Positions 1-13,800 of a stretch of 64,000 nt of DNA are shown piece after piece (the stretch's first letter is position 1; every line of letters starts with the position of its first letter). The stretch is from Balanoglossus misakiensis (Eukaryota > Animalia > Hemichordata): NCBI GenBank assembly GCA_040954595.2, contig CM082587.2, forward strand, positions 588,617 through 652,616. Direction: 5' to 3'. Position numbers and translations under genes: made by a program. The notes beneath the pieces were generated by a model, which saw only the letters and a program-made list of their open reading frames with translations, ran no database searches and was not told the origin of the DNA.

Positions 1-3000
1 CCGCCTGCCAACCGAGGCAGGATCGCAAAAAGACTCTTTTATTTGCTTCTGAATGGCAAACAGGTCTTTCTGTAAAAATGAACACAAACTAAGTCCCACT
101 TACGGGCAAGGTCTTGAAATTCTGCTAATGGAAGCTTCACAGGTCACGTTTGATGGGAAGCGTCCGTCGATTGGAAACGGAGAAAGTGTATTATTTTCTG
201 TAGATATCAGTCTGTCGGGGTCGTGCAAATGTAAAATCGAGATTGTGAGTGAGTGACTCGTAGTGAGTCAGTGAGTGAGTAAGGGAGCGTTTGTGCGTTC
301 GTATGTAAGTATGCGTTAGAAGCCAAGAGACACGCTCGAACACAGATCCGACATAAAGAGGACAGAGACTTGTGTTGGGGACAAAGCCCACGATCATCCC
401 AACACGTGTTTCTTCTAAAACCGACAAGAACTAGAATGAACTACGTTGCCATGGTGCCTATAGGACTCAGGAGTTGAACAATTAAAAATAAGGATCTGTG
501 CCAATGGGGCGACCCATGCAGGCTTAAATGTGGACAGAACGTGTGAGGGACTCCGGTCGATTGAGGACCCATTAAACTGATTAGCTTTGAAGCGAAATAA
601 CAAAAAAGCCAAATATTGCTTCTCGTGAAGAACCCACGTCTGAAGACTTTCATTAGCATGTGAGAAATTAGAATGTCATCAAAATGAAATACTAATGATG
701 AGTACAAACCCGAGCTCAGGTGTAGCGAGGCAAAGTTTAATTTTTTAGCAGTGCTGGTTATCGGATATGCATGGTTTAATTTCTATGCGCCTGGCTTTTG
801 TGATGCTTGGCTGTCGTGGTGTACTCATCATTGACGGCGTGTTTTATCGAGGCTGTGTGCAGCGTTTCCAATCAGCTAAATTGCTGACTCGAACCCAAGC
901 AAACCTCCTTTTAATTAGTTAAAAAGCCACGACGACATTTTGTAACGCATCGGTGTGAGAGAGCAATATAACACTCGGGTTATAGGGGTGACAGCATTTC
1001 TCGTTTTTTTCCCTTGAGTGACCTGTAACCTTTATTCATCTTCGGGAATTGCCTTAATGAGGCTGAAGGTGAACACGCATCTTTCATTTTAATCTTTAGT
1101 ATGTGGCTTTTCTTGGCTTGTCACTTTTTCTATTAAAAAGCAAGACACGAAGAATTCGCCAACAATTTTTTTAAATGCCCGAGTCATGTGTGTCCCATTT
1201 ATAAAATGATCTGTCTTGGAGTGAGCACGGGTCTACGGACATTCAGCGCAGCGGAGCATAGATGTTTGTCTCATCGGTGACGAGACCATCTGTAACGGTG
1301 GATGGCGGCCACGATGACGGAACCATCTGTGGTCGTGGATGAAATCACTTTATCTTCACTGTTTTATGGCACCCAGCTACACCTGGAAAAGAGCGGATTG
1401 GTTTTAACGACGGCGATCCAGTCGCATTTTACGACATCGATCTTAGCAATTTGCGGCAATCCACGGCGAGGTAATCCCGCCGTTAGAGAGTAGTTCCTTC
1501 AATTTGTTGAAGGTAAATGATCGATACGGAAATCCTCCCAGTAATCAGCAAAATTGGTGCTTTCCTGCCGCAGAAAAGACTTTACCCGAAAGCTTGGGTA
1601 GCAGTATGCTGATTACGAAACGGAGAATGGGGTGTATTGAACCTGTTTCCTGCACCACCGGGCGGTTTTTGTTAAACATTTGAAGTAGTTATTGTATGAG
1701 TTCCTGTTATGGTCCCGATTTCTTGTCATTTTAGTCACCATGGGAACGGGTTTGTAAACCCTGGAAGCATGTAAGAGTGTTGGCATACATGGCATGTTGT
1801 GAATGGAATGTCGGGCACGCATGTACAACAGTAATATCGGCAAAGCGTGTGTTAATTCGAAAGATAGGTATTTCATATCGAAAATTCTAGTGTGCATCCC
1901 GTAAAATGGTACTAAATATCATCATTCCTGGTTGGAATAAACGCTTTTCTTGTCCATACCGATCATTTCTCTATTCTTTATGTTCTTGCAGAATCTCCCC
2001 GTGGATATTGACGCTCGAAGAGATTTTTTGTCCTTCGGAGAGACTTCGTTTCTGAGCGCCGTCAGTCACTCCATCTCATTTCATAGGTGACATATTGGAA
2101 AATTTCAAAACATCTTGTCAGCGTACGACTAATGCAACGCAAAATGGAAGAGGGGGTCCAGTGAACATTTACTAGGCACGCAAAATCTGAAAGCTGTCAC
2201 AATTTTTCGTCTGGGTATACCGGAGCGCATTCAAATTTCCGGGTTAAATCGGCATTAGTAATAGGTGGCACGTTTAGGGTGATACGGTTGAGTTCGTCCG
2301 TGCTATCGCTGCTGTGATCTCACCTCAATGCTAGTGGTACAATACTGTGAACGCAGCGAACGTTATGCGATGTTATCGAAGGCTACTATTGTTACGAAAA
2401 TTGTCCCGTTCTAACTAGGCATTAACACTTAGGATGTCTAAAGCTGTTCGAAATCAAATGACTCTGTTCTTTAATTGCTGTTATTATTTGCACTAGCCGT
2501 TCGCCAAATCTCTCCAAAACTTTTCTCAACGTCCGCGACCCAATTCCCCCATTCTCTTAGTTTAAACTCTTCGCCAAAAAATATCAGAGAAAGTGTATCA
2601 TCAACTTACAATTTCGGATTGTTTTGTTAGCTGTGTACTCCAACCTATGAGATGCACTGGTGAGCAATTGAGTGGCACTTTGGAACTGCAGTCTACATAA
2701 CCATGAATAAATCAGCCCACAACAAAATGCGCCATAGCGCATGCGCTGAGTGCAATGAATACGTAATTAGGTAGTGGAGCGCAACCCATCTGTTCATGTT
2801 GTCCAGAAAATTGCACCTTCATTTCATGGCTTTTATAGAAAGTGGCTGTTCTGGAAAATTGGCCCATTTTTTACACTTTCCTGTTAATTCCATCTTTCTT
2901 TTATTTTGAGGGGCTACTTGTCAGGGCTGGCATTTAAGTGCCCTCTGGGTGAGCTTTATGCGTGAAGTTCAAGGGCATCAGGGAACGAGGTAGTACATTG

Positions 3001-5651
3001 AAATCCAGGGCCCACACGCATACGTGTACAATCACCTTCTATTGTACTTTGGGAAATATATAGACAAAATAAATAGCATCTTTTAGAAATTACCAAGTTT
3101 CGTCAAGATCACCAGGTAATAGACTTGTGTCCAAGTCGCTGTATTACCATAGCAAAGCAACATGAGTTATAATAAGTTTGATCATTTCGGACCGAGCGTA
3201 CCTGACCGGCTGAAATGGGTGATGACTGGTCGCGACATTTACGAGTTTACCCCTCCCCCCCCCCCCCCTCTGTCACTACCGCAGCCAATAGTTCAACTGT
3301 AGTGGAAGAGTCTGGCCAAGGGATAGCATTATGTATTGACGCTACAAAGTCGCTACCTAAACCAGCTTGTTATTTCCCGTTGTCATCTTATTTCTCTCCT
3401 CCATCGCTCCCTCTTTCTCTAACCCTTTATATTGTGACCATTGCATCATTGGGCATTTGTCCGGACTGGTATTTTTTTCGGGGAAGTGATGGTTTAATTG
3501 TTGACGTCATTGCGACGGCATCGTCCGCGTCTTCTCATAAAATTCTCCTCTGTTGCGCTGTCGTCGAACCACTCATGCGCGCGCAAAAAACCTGTCGTTG
3601 GTTTTGTAAAACAGATCATCAAGCTGATGGGCTCATCGGTTCCCATATGCACCCTTTTACGGCAATTACATCGACGGTCACGTGACATCTTTGCGTGTTG
3701 TCATACAGAGTGACAGGGAACATAAATTCTGCCAAGGCTACTCTTCACGAACGGGATGACGGGTATTTGCTAGGCTTGATATAGGCGCCCCTAATAGCGA
3801 GTTAAAGATCAGAAAATCATTTTAGAAAAGTTATGATATTTTAAGGAAAATGCAGACATTAACTGCCGGGGATTCTGTCGGTAACGCATGAGTTATCACC
3901 ATCACCAGCAGCAGCAACAACAACAACAACAATTTCATGTCTGTAAAGTCTCAAGAGAGTTCAAGTATCTCTTCAACATTCAATCGATGAGAAACTTCGT
4001 GGTACTCGTATCTTTATGATAATTTCTTTTATCATCATAAATCTGAGAGTTGTACAGGCCTCAAGTGAAAGTTTAAAAATAACGCATGTAGAACAGAGAC
4101 ATGAATCTTTCGGATAAACTTTGCCGATTCAGACGCCAGTAGACACAGGCCATTTGTATTGTTGGGACAGCACTACTCGTGTTATTAAAAATCGGATTTC
4201 AATACCCCAAAATAAAATTAATTAGGCCAGTGCCTGTATGCGTCGGACGCAGAACGCGCCGCCACACGCGGATCTATAGAAGCAGACAGCGGCCTGTCTA
4301 TTCTTAACACTATTAACAGTCTCTGTGAAGGCTTCTATGTCTCCGGGGACTTGCTTTTTGATCCGACTGGGCTTATGCAAACATTACTGCTATAAAACAC
4401 TAGGCTTTAGCTGGACCTGATCAACTGTACTATGAAAGATTATTCAATTAAGAGGCGATATCTACACGGCCTACTTAATTTCAGGGAATCCGCGCACCCT
4501 CGATTACCACCTGTCGCCTGCTGAATACTGTGAGATTCAATTTTCGGGTCCCATTTTGGGCCACCTCGTCGCGTACAAAACTTGCACTGTTTTTTTTTTC
4601 ACTTTCTGATAACATTGACTGTCCCTCGAACGAAACTCATGGAAGCGAAGTCCAAGCGGTCGATTATTTAGAACATATCCGGGATTAAGGGATAGGGAAA
4701 ATAAAAAAGCGACGGTGGAAGGATAGTTTGGCTGTGAGCACACGTGTCGTATCTGATGCACAGCCTGGGAAAAAAATTCCCTGTCTCGTAAAATCCGAGT
4801 AAATGTCAACTTCATGAGCACCCTTATGGAAATGGAAAATCATTAATATTAGGATTAGTTTTATCAATCATGGTGATTTATCAACGATAAGAATCACTTT
4901 CCTCTATCGCTGTTCATAGTTTTTTTTTCTGAAATCTTCTGCCTAGGAATTTTGTTTGAATACTAGGAGTTTTGTTTCTATATCCAAGTACGCGTAATCA
5001 TATTTTTAGGTTTTTTTAAAAACCATATTCTTTCTAAAGTGGTTGTGGATGATGTCAAATCACCACGTCACTGTAGATACTTCCTTCCAACTGGGAAAAT
5101 CGTTTTACAGCGCCCACTTTAAAGACTATAAACTGTGACAAGAAAGAGAATGCGTCATAAACTATCACAGTGCATACGGTTTTATGGAAAATGTCACGAC
5201 TGAGTACTTGTGTTCTATCCTCTAACTTTTGTGACACTTTAGGTTAAGTTTAAACTTGAAAAAGCGACCGAGTAATAAATATAGTCATAGTAAATTTTTA
5301 TCACCCCTGTTGGAAATGTGGTGAGTCATAAAGTCAAATGAGGTTTTTCAGCATCAAATACTTTATGTAATAACAAAATTTTAAAGCTTCGCCTAAATTG
5401 TTCTGTCGTATTCATCCCGTGTTTTGTGGAAACAACTAGACGTCGTTTACAAGTGACTGTTTTTCTCCATTGTTCAGAGAAATCTCTGAAGGTTACTTAT
5501 ACGCTTTGAAGTAAAAATGTCGAAAGGTTTACTTTGTTATTTCATGACGTCATAAGTCAATGCAGAGGAAGGAATAAGTACCAACCAATCAACAGGCGGC
5601 TTACAATGCAAACAATTTAGCAAACAGTTGACCAGAAGCATAACTTTTATT

Positions 5652-5730
5652 GAGAGAGAGAGAGAGTTGGGAGGGAAGAAAGAGGGAGAGAGGGGGGAGT
5701 GATGGGGGAGAGGGAGGAGGGAGAAAGAGA
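5652..5730. repeat. (GA)n and G/A-rich low-complexity tract
   Basis: gagagagagagagag followed by a purine-rich run. Confidence 0.75.
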
Positions 5731-8700
5731 ATTTGTTTGTCGGGAGAGTGACATCAGAAGAAAACTTAAAGACAAACGAGGCAGAAAATTTGAGGGAAAC
5801 AGAGACCCGGACTGGGGCCGCAGTAGAAACACACAAAAACAGAGACAAGCAAGTTGTTATCGCTTTAGAGCCTCCGGCAAACCAATCATCATAATACGGA
5901 AGCAGTCTGCCATGTGTTGGTTGAGTGCACATAACTATTTTACAACCCAAAGCAGTGACAACCACCAGCTCCTTTTTGACAGACGATTTGTACCGACGCA
6001 ACTTTCTCACGATAGTAACCTCGCCTCCATTGGACAATTATGGATGTGTATGAAGAACAAGCCTGGGGCTATGCCGCCAACGCAGACTTTGTTTGGACCG
6101 TCGACGTAGTGTGACGGCGATCAAATCGATATCAACAAACCGCAATGACTGACCAAATACTTTGCCGTGTTCTATTATTGACATAGAAGAACATGAATAC
6201 AAAACAACCACTATCATTCATTATCTACCAACTTTGTTTTGAAAGAAAGTTGAAGAACCGTTTTCTGAAGGAAAAAATCTCTGACTCCATTGACCCTGCG
6301 ACTTCATGACACTTCCAAATCTTCTCCACGTCACTCTCAGACTAAGACTTGAGTATGCAATACATATACAAAATTTTAAAAACCTATCCTGATCTCTAAA
6401 AGACACTTGTTTGCCGGATGGACATAATTTAATTGAATTATTTCATGAAATACTTTCATATTGGCATAATTTCAAACCACTGCGAGTTAGACAACGGTAG
6501 TTTGCAACGATTTCAGTAAGCTTATATTTGTTGCACAAATCGAGAATTTCACGTCCCTTTTCTGGGGCCAGTACTAAAGGCGGCGATGGTTTCATAGCAA
6601 TACCTAACAGAAGGTAAACTCAAGTCAAAGGTAGAATCGCTACTTTCAATGATTGCAACAGCCACGCATAGAGGCAGTCACGGGTCGTACAAGTGTGCGC
6701 AACAGTGGTTTGAGATAGGCGCCCCGGGGCGTTGACACGAACGCCAAAAGAAGTGAATGACATATCAACGAATCAACACAAAGATATCGCAAAGGTGATC
6801 GTTCCCCTAGGTCACTTCTGTTTGGGATATTTACTTGTCAGACTATATTCAAGTCGTGTCTGTTAGTTTTTCAAGATTTCTTAGCTTGATTTGGTAAAAA
6901 AAAAAAGACAGGCATCGTTCTCTGTTTGCCTCGGGCGGTGTTTTGTGTTCAAACGACAAAGAGACGTCAACATATGGGGAACGAAGTCCTTTCATTCATA
7001 TCAAGGAATATGCCGAAAACTGTTCCCGAGGAAAAAAACGAGGAAATGCTCTTAGGCAACCGCAATTTGACGTCGACGAAAGCAATCGAAATTTTTTGCC
7101 AAATTGTAGATTTAAAAAATACAGATGGAGCAGTTGTACCGTCGAAATCATTAGTGACGAGATCACGTGTTGTGACCGACGTCCGAACATATCCCGCAGT
7201 CATGAGCTTTGACGAAACTACGGACAACCAATATAAAGATACCTTGCACATAAAAACTCGAACATATACATATATAAAAATCACACACGTACTATTTGTT
7301 GAGTTACATTCATTAAGTAAGTCACGCTTTTGAACGACAACAATGCCCGTGTTTCTTGTCTGTCAGTCGTTGGTAAGCCACTACTCCTCCCGACGGAGAC
7401 GGATGGAAAAAGCCCGCGGGAGTCGAACGGTTCAGCTCCAACTGAGACTATATGAATTGCTACTGTAACGGTGATATCTGGAGCGTTGAACCTCACACAA
7501 CTTTTACAAGTTGCCGTTAAAACCGAAATGATTACACTATTGTCCATTGAAACCATTGATTCAATGGTTGACCTTCAGAACAATACCGTAAGCACAGTAC
7601 GATGTGAGGAGTGTAGTCACAAGTATATTAAAAACAAACTATTAAAAGACTAAAATAACAGAAGTTGCGATTGAACTTGACAGGTGCGATGTGTTAGAAA
7701 GTAAGCCTACTCAACCAAGACTAATTCAATGTGGTTTTATACTTAAAGTTTGTACATGATGTTGCTATAATATCATTATTGTTTATGTGTAACACCAGAA
7801 ACCAGGGGATAGGGGTTGTTCAGTTGATATCTTCTTAGTTGACAATTAAGTAACAAAGGATAAATCGAAACTGTTTTTCTTTGATACTTTGAACTTTTAG
7901 TGTGAAATTGATATTATTACTGTTTTGCCTTCTGGTACTTCATTCTGCGTATATGTCGAGCGCCGTTTGATTTTCGAACATTATGTACATGGTCATTTCT
8001 CTCGTGTCTACAATGAGTGGCGTCATGTTGAACATGGGTTCTTGGAATGTTTGCCCACGAAACTCGACGACATATCATGTTTCCTAAGTCTTCAAACAAT
8101 ATACTGGGTAATGAAAACAATTACGATACTAAAAGAGAAATTCAAGTTGACTCTGTACCTGTTTTTTTCTGAGAAGATGAATTTAACAGCACTTCAATCT
8201 TGACAATGTCATACCGTCACCGTGCTGGACAATATCTTGCTTTAATTTTTAATCATTATTTTCGATCAAAATTTGTCTACCTGTACACAGTTTCGGTAGC
8301 AGAAGCTGGCGTAATGTTGTTGTGGATGAGAACCGATCTTACAGTGATTCGCCGATCATCGTAAATGTAGTAGAGATGTTTAGTAAAAAAATAACACTCA
8401 TCGGACAAGGAAAAGTTGGTTAACTGACAAAATCGCCGAGAAGATGAATGATGCCGTCAATGAGCTAGTCAAAGAATAGCGAGCGAGTCTGGTGATAAAT
8501 TTGTGTTGCGAAGTATCTCTCCAAGATTCACTTGAATTATTGCCACGCAGATTATCCTCTTGCATTTTATTCCATTTATCTTACCAAATCAATTGAAAGG
8601 CGTTTTGATTTACACCATTTCTCACACTTTGGTCTCGCTGCTTGACTGCTCTGGTCATAAATCGTCAGGAATCGGACGGCAGAGCCAGGCTCGTAAATTT

Positions 8701-10275
8701 GACACTCGGAAGAGCCGGGCAATGCTCATGCGCATTTATTATGTCAATGAAGGCACACAAAGGCTGGGTAAGCGTGCGGCACGCGTCCTGGTTACAATGA
8801 CCGAGGTATTCTTTTTGATTGGGAGACAGTTGGAATGCGACCAGTACGGCAGCTGGAATGCGACGAAGACTGGTGATAAAATATGTAAATATATGCGAGA
8901 TGACTACAAAATACTTTTTCATGTGCGCTTGCACGCAATCTGAAATAGCAAACAATTCTGTGTTGCTTTTCAATTGCTAAACTTTGTCATTGAACCCAGT
9001 AGTAAACTCATCACTCAGCCAATTTCATTATTTTTTAACAGGTTCATGTAAAACTTAAATTTCAAAATTGAGTAAATGCGATCCTCGCTCTTGTACTTGT
9101 AATTATGAATGGGACCTTGAATTCATTCAAAAGTGTCTTCTAAATCGCACCCAGAAAACGATCGACGGCCGTTTCTTGAATTTCTGCTGTCGCGTGGGTG
9201 TGTATTTTAATCTCGTTTTTCCATGACGTCCAAGGATGCTTTTGACGTGGTTCCCGTATGGCGTTCTTAAAATTAATAAAATCGTATCTATGCTGAGAGA
9301 GAAAATCCATTTCCAATGTCTAGGCTGGAGGAATATGAGTAATCGTACAGAGATTGGATCACGTTTGCTCGGAAACTAGGAAAACTAGTAGTGGTCGAGT
9401 GAAATTTACGATTAATTGTAAAAACGCCATAAAGTTTAGAAACTGTTTTCCCAATGAAGGATATTTACAAATCATCAGCCGGGTTGTATTAGCCGGCACG
9501 GTTTGGTCTGTCTTAGTAAATTCTGCTGTCTTTCGTTTTTTGATTTATTGAAGGTTCTAAGATTGTGCAGTAAATCAAATGAACACCTCTGTTGAAGTTC
9601 CTTCATGGAAGCATAGGACGAGATTTAATTTGGGGGTAATATCTTTCGGGAAAGCTGCGATTTCGGGAGTATTAGTGTCACTTTATGTAAGGCCGTTAAA
9701 AAGAGAATTGTTGGGTATGATCGAGAACTAGTCTTTTCTCGGTGTATTACCACCTTTGTATGCCCGGGAAAATTAATTCCGGGATTGCTTTATGGAGAGG
9801 ATAGCGGAGATTAGATGTATTCGTGACTGACTGTCGTGCGTATAACTGGCGAACCGTTCCACTACAAAGCGCCGAAGGATTCAAAGTACACTATGCATGT
9901 AAAACGGGAATTATATAGGAACACTGTTTACTTGTCCAAACTCCACACTCCTGCGAAGACTATCTGTATGGTAGTGCCACTAGTGGTATTTACCGAATTT
10001 CATGTTTGTTTGGCTGTCTGAAAATTGCACAAATGGCATGTTCAGAAAATGTACTATGTGCTCTCAAAGTCACATTCAGCACTAACCATCGGAAGCGGGC
10101 GCTATTCCAGCCACCTTACCGAATCTGGCCGATTTATTCCTTGTATTGCGTATTTGTAAAACGGATGTGAAAGATTTATGTCGTATCTATCACGAATATT
10201 GCCCACACGTAACTCATTGCAATCAAAAACAACGCCTGACGTATCTAATCAAGTGATATTGGCAAAACAACAACA

Positions 10276-10281
10276 TTTATT
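10276..10281 (-). terminator. Candidate polyadenylation signal (AATAAA) of QSOX
   Basis: tttatt on the plus strand, ~590 nt downstream of the stop; coincides with the switch from CpG-poor to CpG-rich sequence. Confidence 0.5.
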
Positions 10282-10870
10282 TCATTTCTGTAAATACAAG
10301 TTTTCAGTTTTAAAAGAAAATTACAGGTATATCTTACAAGGACTGGAATTTACAGCAAACTGGTGAAAACTGGGTAATCTGGAGTTTTATCTGAGTTGTC
10401 GTACAATGATCACTTTGGTGATAATGCACATTATAGTCACACAAGTTGTACTGACACACTAAGTACTGTAGGGCACTTTCATGTACCAACAAGAGCAAAA
10501 ATTTAGCAAAAATATATACAACTGGAGTTACTCTCTTTTAAAGCTTCAGGGCATTACAGCACATTGGCAGCTATCGCACATAGTTTCTTGCAGACTGTAG
10601 TTAAATTTCTGAAATATTTAAAATAAGTATCTTAAACTGATCTGCAGTATATAATACTGCCATGAATTACTTGCATTAGATCTCCCTCTATGATGGAAAA
10701 CACAAAAACTTTTGTTTTCATCATAAAAAAATCTTTTTAAAAACAGTTTATTTCACTGAGGAAAATTAGAAGTGTATTCTTTTTTCTGAAATCATTAACA
10801 ATCGCAGAAATAAAATATTTGCACAAAATAAAGACATTTAGACCAATATATATGAAGCACATAAAATTTT

Positions 10871-13800
10871 TTATACAATGATCTTCATGTTTTTCCTCCG
10901 CCGTCTTTTACAGAAAATGACATACAGAAGGAAAACCAATGCAATACAAAAGCCGTACAATAACACGCACATACTCATATCCATTCCGTTTAATCCTAGT
11001 CCAAAAAATCCAAATGACTTGTTTTTCAACACTTCAATCTCGATCTCTTGTTCAGACCTGTATTTTGGGATTGGTTGAGGTTCTTCCTTTTTCACCTCAG
11101 AGTCCATGACACGACTTAACTGATCTAATGCTATGTTGTTTACATGGTAGTATTCCTTCAGAAATGCCAGAACCTTTTCCTCATCCCATTCTCCGTCTGT
11201 TGATTCCTGACATGACGGACACAGCACTGTGGGTGGGAATTGAATTTTGGGATGTTCCGGATCCTCCGTCTTGTCTCCATGGAGTCTCTTGTTGGCTTTA
11301 TTGTGGGCACTCCACAACCACAATACTGCGCCGTCTGCTGTTTTCACCGTTGAATCAATACTGACAGCCATGCTTTCAAAGTTTGTTGCACATTCTCGAC
11401 AGCCAAAGAACTGTGCAATGTATGCCCTCATGGCTGGTAACACTTCCAGTTTTTCTTCAATTTTATCTGAAAGTACAAATAAGCCAGTGAAAATGTCAAG
11501 TCCATTTGGATAACGGATATAAGAATATGGTGTTTACAGTAGAAGCTTTAAAACTAGGAAAAGCAATTATCAGGCACGGGGCCTAGAATTGAATTCAGAT
11601 ATGATTTTTATCAAATGAAAACTTACAATTTTTTGATGTGGTAGCAGCACTGACTGTCAAAGTATGGAATAAAGTCCACAATCCACATGGATATCCTCTG
11701 TAGATGTCATTACTTCCTTGACAACCAACCCATTTAAACCTGGTTGGCAAGTAAATATCCTGGGCCTGTAAAGAGTGTGATCAAAAGAAAATACAAACTT
11801 TCAGCACCCATAGAATCTTTTCATATTTTTATTTGTAAACAAAAGAGAAATAATGTCTACACAACACGGGTTACCTTTTCGGGATTGTACTTCTCATTGA
11901 CAAAGTCCGTCCAATCTTCAGAAATTATTTCATCATCTCCGTTGTCTTCAAGCCAATCCTGTAACTCCTCCAGATAACTTGTCACTTGAAGTCTGCCAGG
12001 AAAGAACTGAATAAGAAGAGAAGTTTATTTTCAGTTCAGCGATCAAGTCTCTTGAGAAAAACTTGAAAAACTATGAAAACTAATATTTTTAGTTCTGGGT
12101 GAATTTCAACATGTACATCAGAAAGGGGCATCCCCAAATTCCAGTGGACTAACCTTTGACAAAACAGCAAAGAATTTCTTCAAGGCAATCAGTGTATCTC
12201 CTGTGATAACCTTGTGTAAGGGAATTTCATGTCTTAAGGAGTAGTGAAGCGTACTTTCTAAGTCTTGCATGTAAACTGGCAATCTGGGGGAAAGAGAAAA
12301 ATGTAAATGCTGTTTAATTTCTATTCTAAATTTTAAATTTGTTTGTTGTTTCACTAACAGAATTTCACGACTTACTTTCTGGTGATGTATTTTCTTTCTC
12401 CATCCTTATTTTGAATCTGCTCCTTTGGTATTTTGCCTTGTAGAATATTCTGCATGGCATTAACGCCATCACCAGGTTTGTATGCTTGGTTCTCCTTTCC
12501 TCCACCCATGTCACCATCAAGCCTGACTTTGAATGCCATGGCAACAACTCTTGGGTCTGATGCTGCTCCATGATTCAAAATAGTTTGACGAAAACTCTCT
12601 CTTGTTGCTTGTCCATCTCTGAAAAAAAAGATGCATGATACATTGGTAAACATGCAAGGCAGATAGATACAAACGCAAAAGCAGACACATATCTGGAGAC
12701 CAGAATTAGACTTACATAACCATTCTGTGGTGAGTACCATTACGGTGCATGACATGGACGGATGGAAATATATCCACACCAAATTTAGCCAACACTGCTT
12801 CATTCTGATCTTCTTTAGTGACTCTCCTTACAAGAATGTCTTTCACTGATGACATATCTAGTATTACCTACATGGAAACATAAAATGAAGAAAACATTCA
12901 TATGTTTCATCTTGATTTTCTTTTAACTATATTCGGTTGTGAAACCTTTTCCATGGTTCAATATCACCAAGTGCTCTCAATGACAGACTTACCTCTCTCC
13001 CGACGTAAGAATCTTTGTCTTCGAATATTAAGACCAAATAGTTCACATTGGGATGACTTTTACTTGGAAATAAATTCAATATCCATTCAAGACTGCAAAC
13101 AAATCAGAGAAAAATCATACAATTAATTAATGTATTTCACACATTTATTTCTAGTACTAAAAAGTACCTTTCTCCGGATGCCAAGTCAGAGAGAACATTT
13201 ATGGAATCAATTTTGCATGCTTACCTAGGAATGGTGAAATCTGGCCAATGTGGAGGCTTTGGTGTGTGTTTTTCCAAATAATGGACAATGCCTTCTCTAA
13301 TTTGCGGAATCTGTCTGGACTCTAAAAACAGAAACAAAATGACATAATTTTAATGAAAACTTTTAATGTGATAATTCTCAGCAGACAAGGTAAAAATTCC
13401 ATTATACTGTCTACATGTATGTCCTGATAGACATGTGGCAATGAACCATAATAGTGAAAATACATCCACAAAACAACCATATTTCCATCCCAAAGCCAAT
13501 CAGACTTACCAAAAAAAGAATCTTCTGCTTCACTATCTCTCTCTGCTGAAATAACGCAGTTTAATTCAGGAAATGGCAAAAATTTCGAACTCTGTCCACC
13601 CAATAAATTGACACCATAACTTTTCATGCAAGACTTCCCAATGCAAACAAATGTCTTTGTGAGAGAGACAAACCACCTCCATGAAAATGAACCATTTGAG
13701 TTTTAAGCCTTCTACCAAAAATTACAAATTCTCAGCATGACAAGGCCAGCATATCAATGCATGACAGGAATACACCATTCCATTCTGGTACCACTACGTG

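Noticed and set aside
3215-3713. 156-aa plus ORF and overlapping ORFs
   Set aside because: Spans a poly-C run and pyrimidine tract; composition is not protein-like
5537-6109. Overlapping 136-166 aa ORFs
   Set aside because: Driven by the GA-rich low-complexity tract; no motif or convincing splice support
6926-7556. Cluster of 60-135 aa ORFs on both strands
   Set aside because: Mostly non-ATG starts and no recognisable domain
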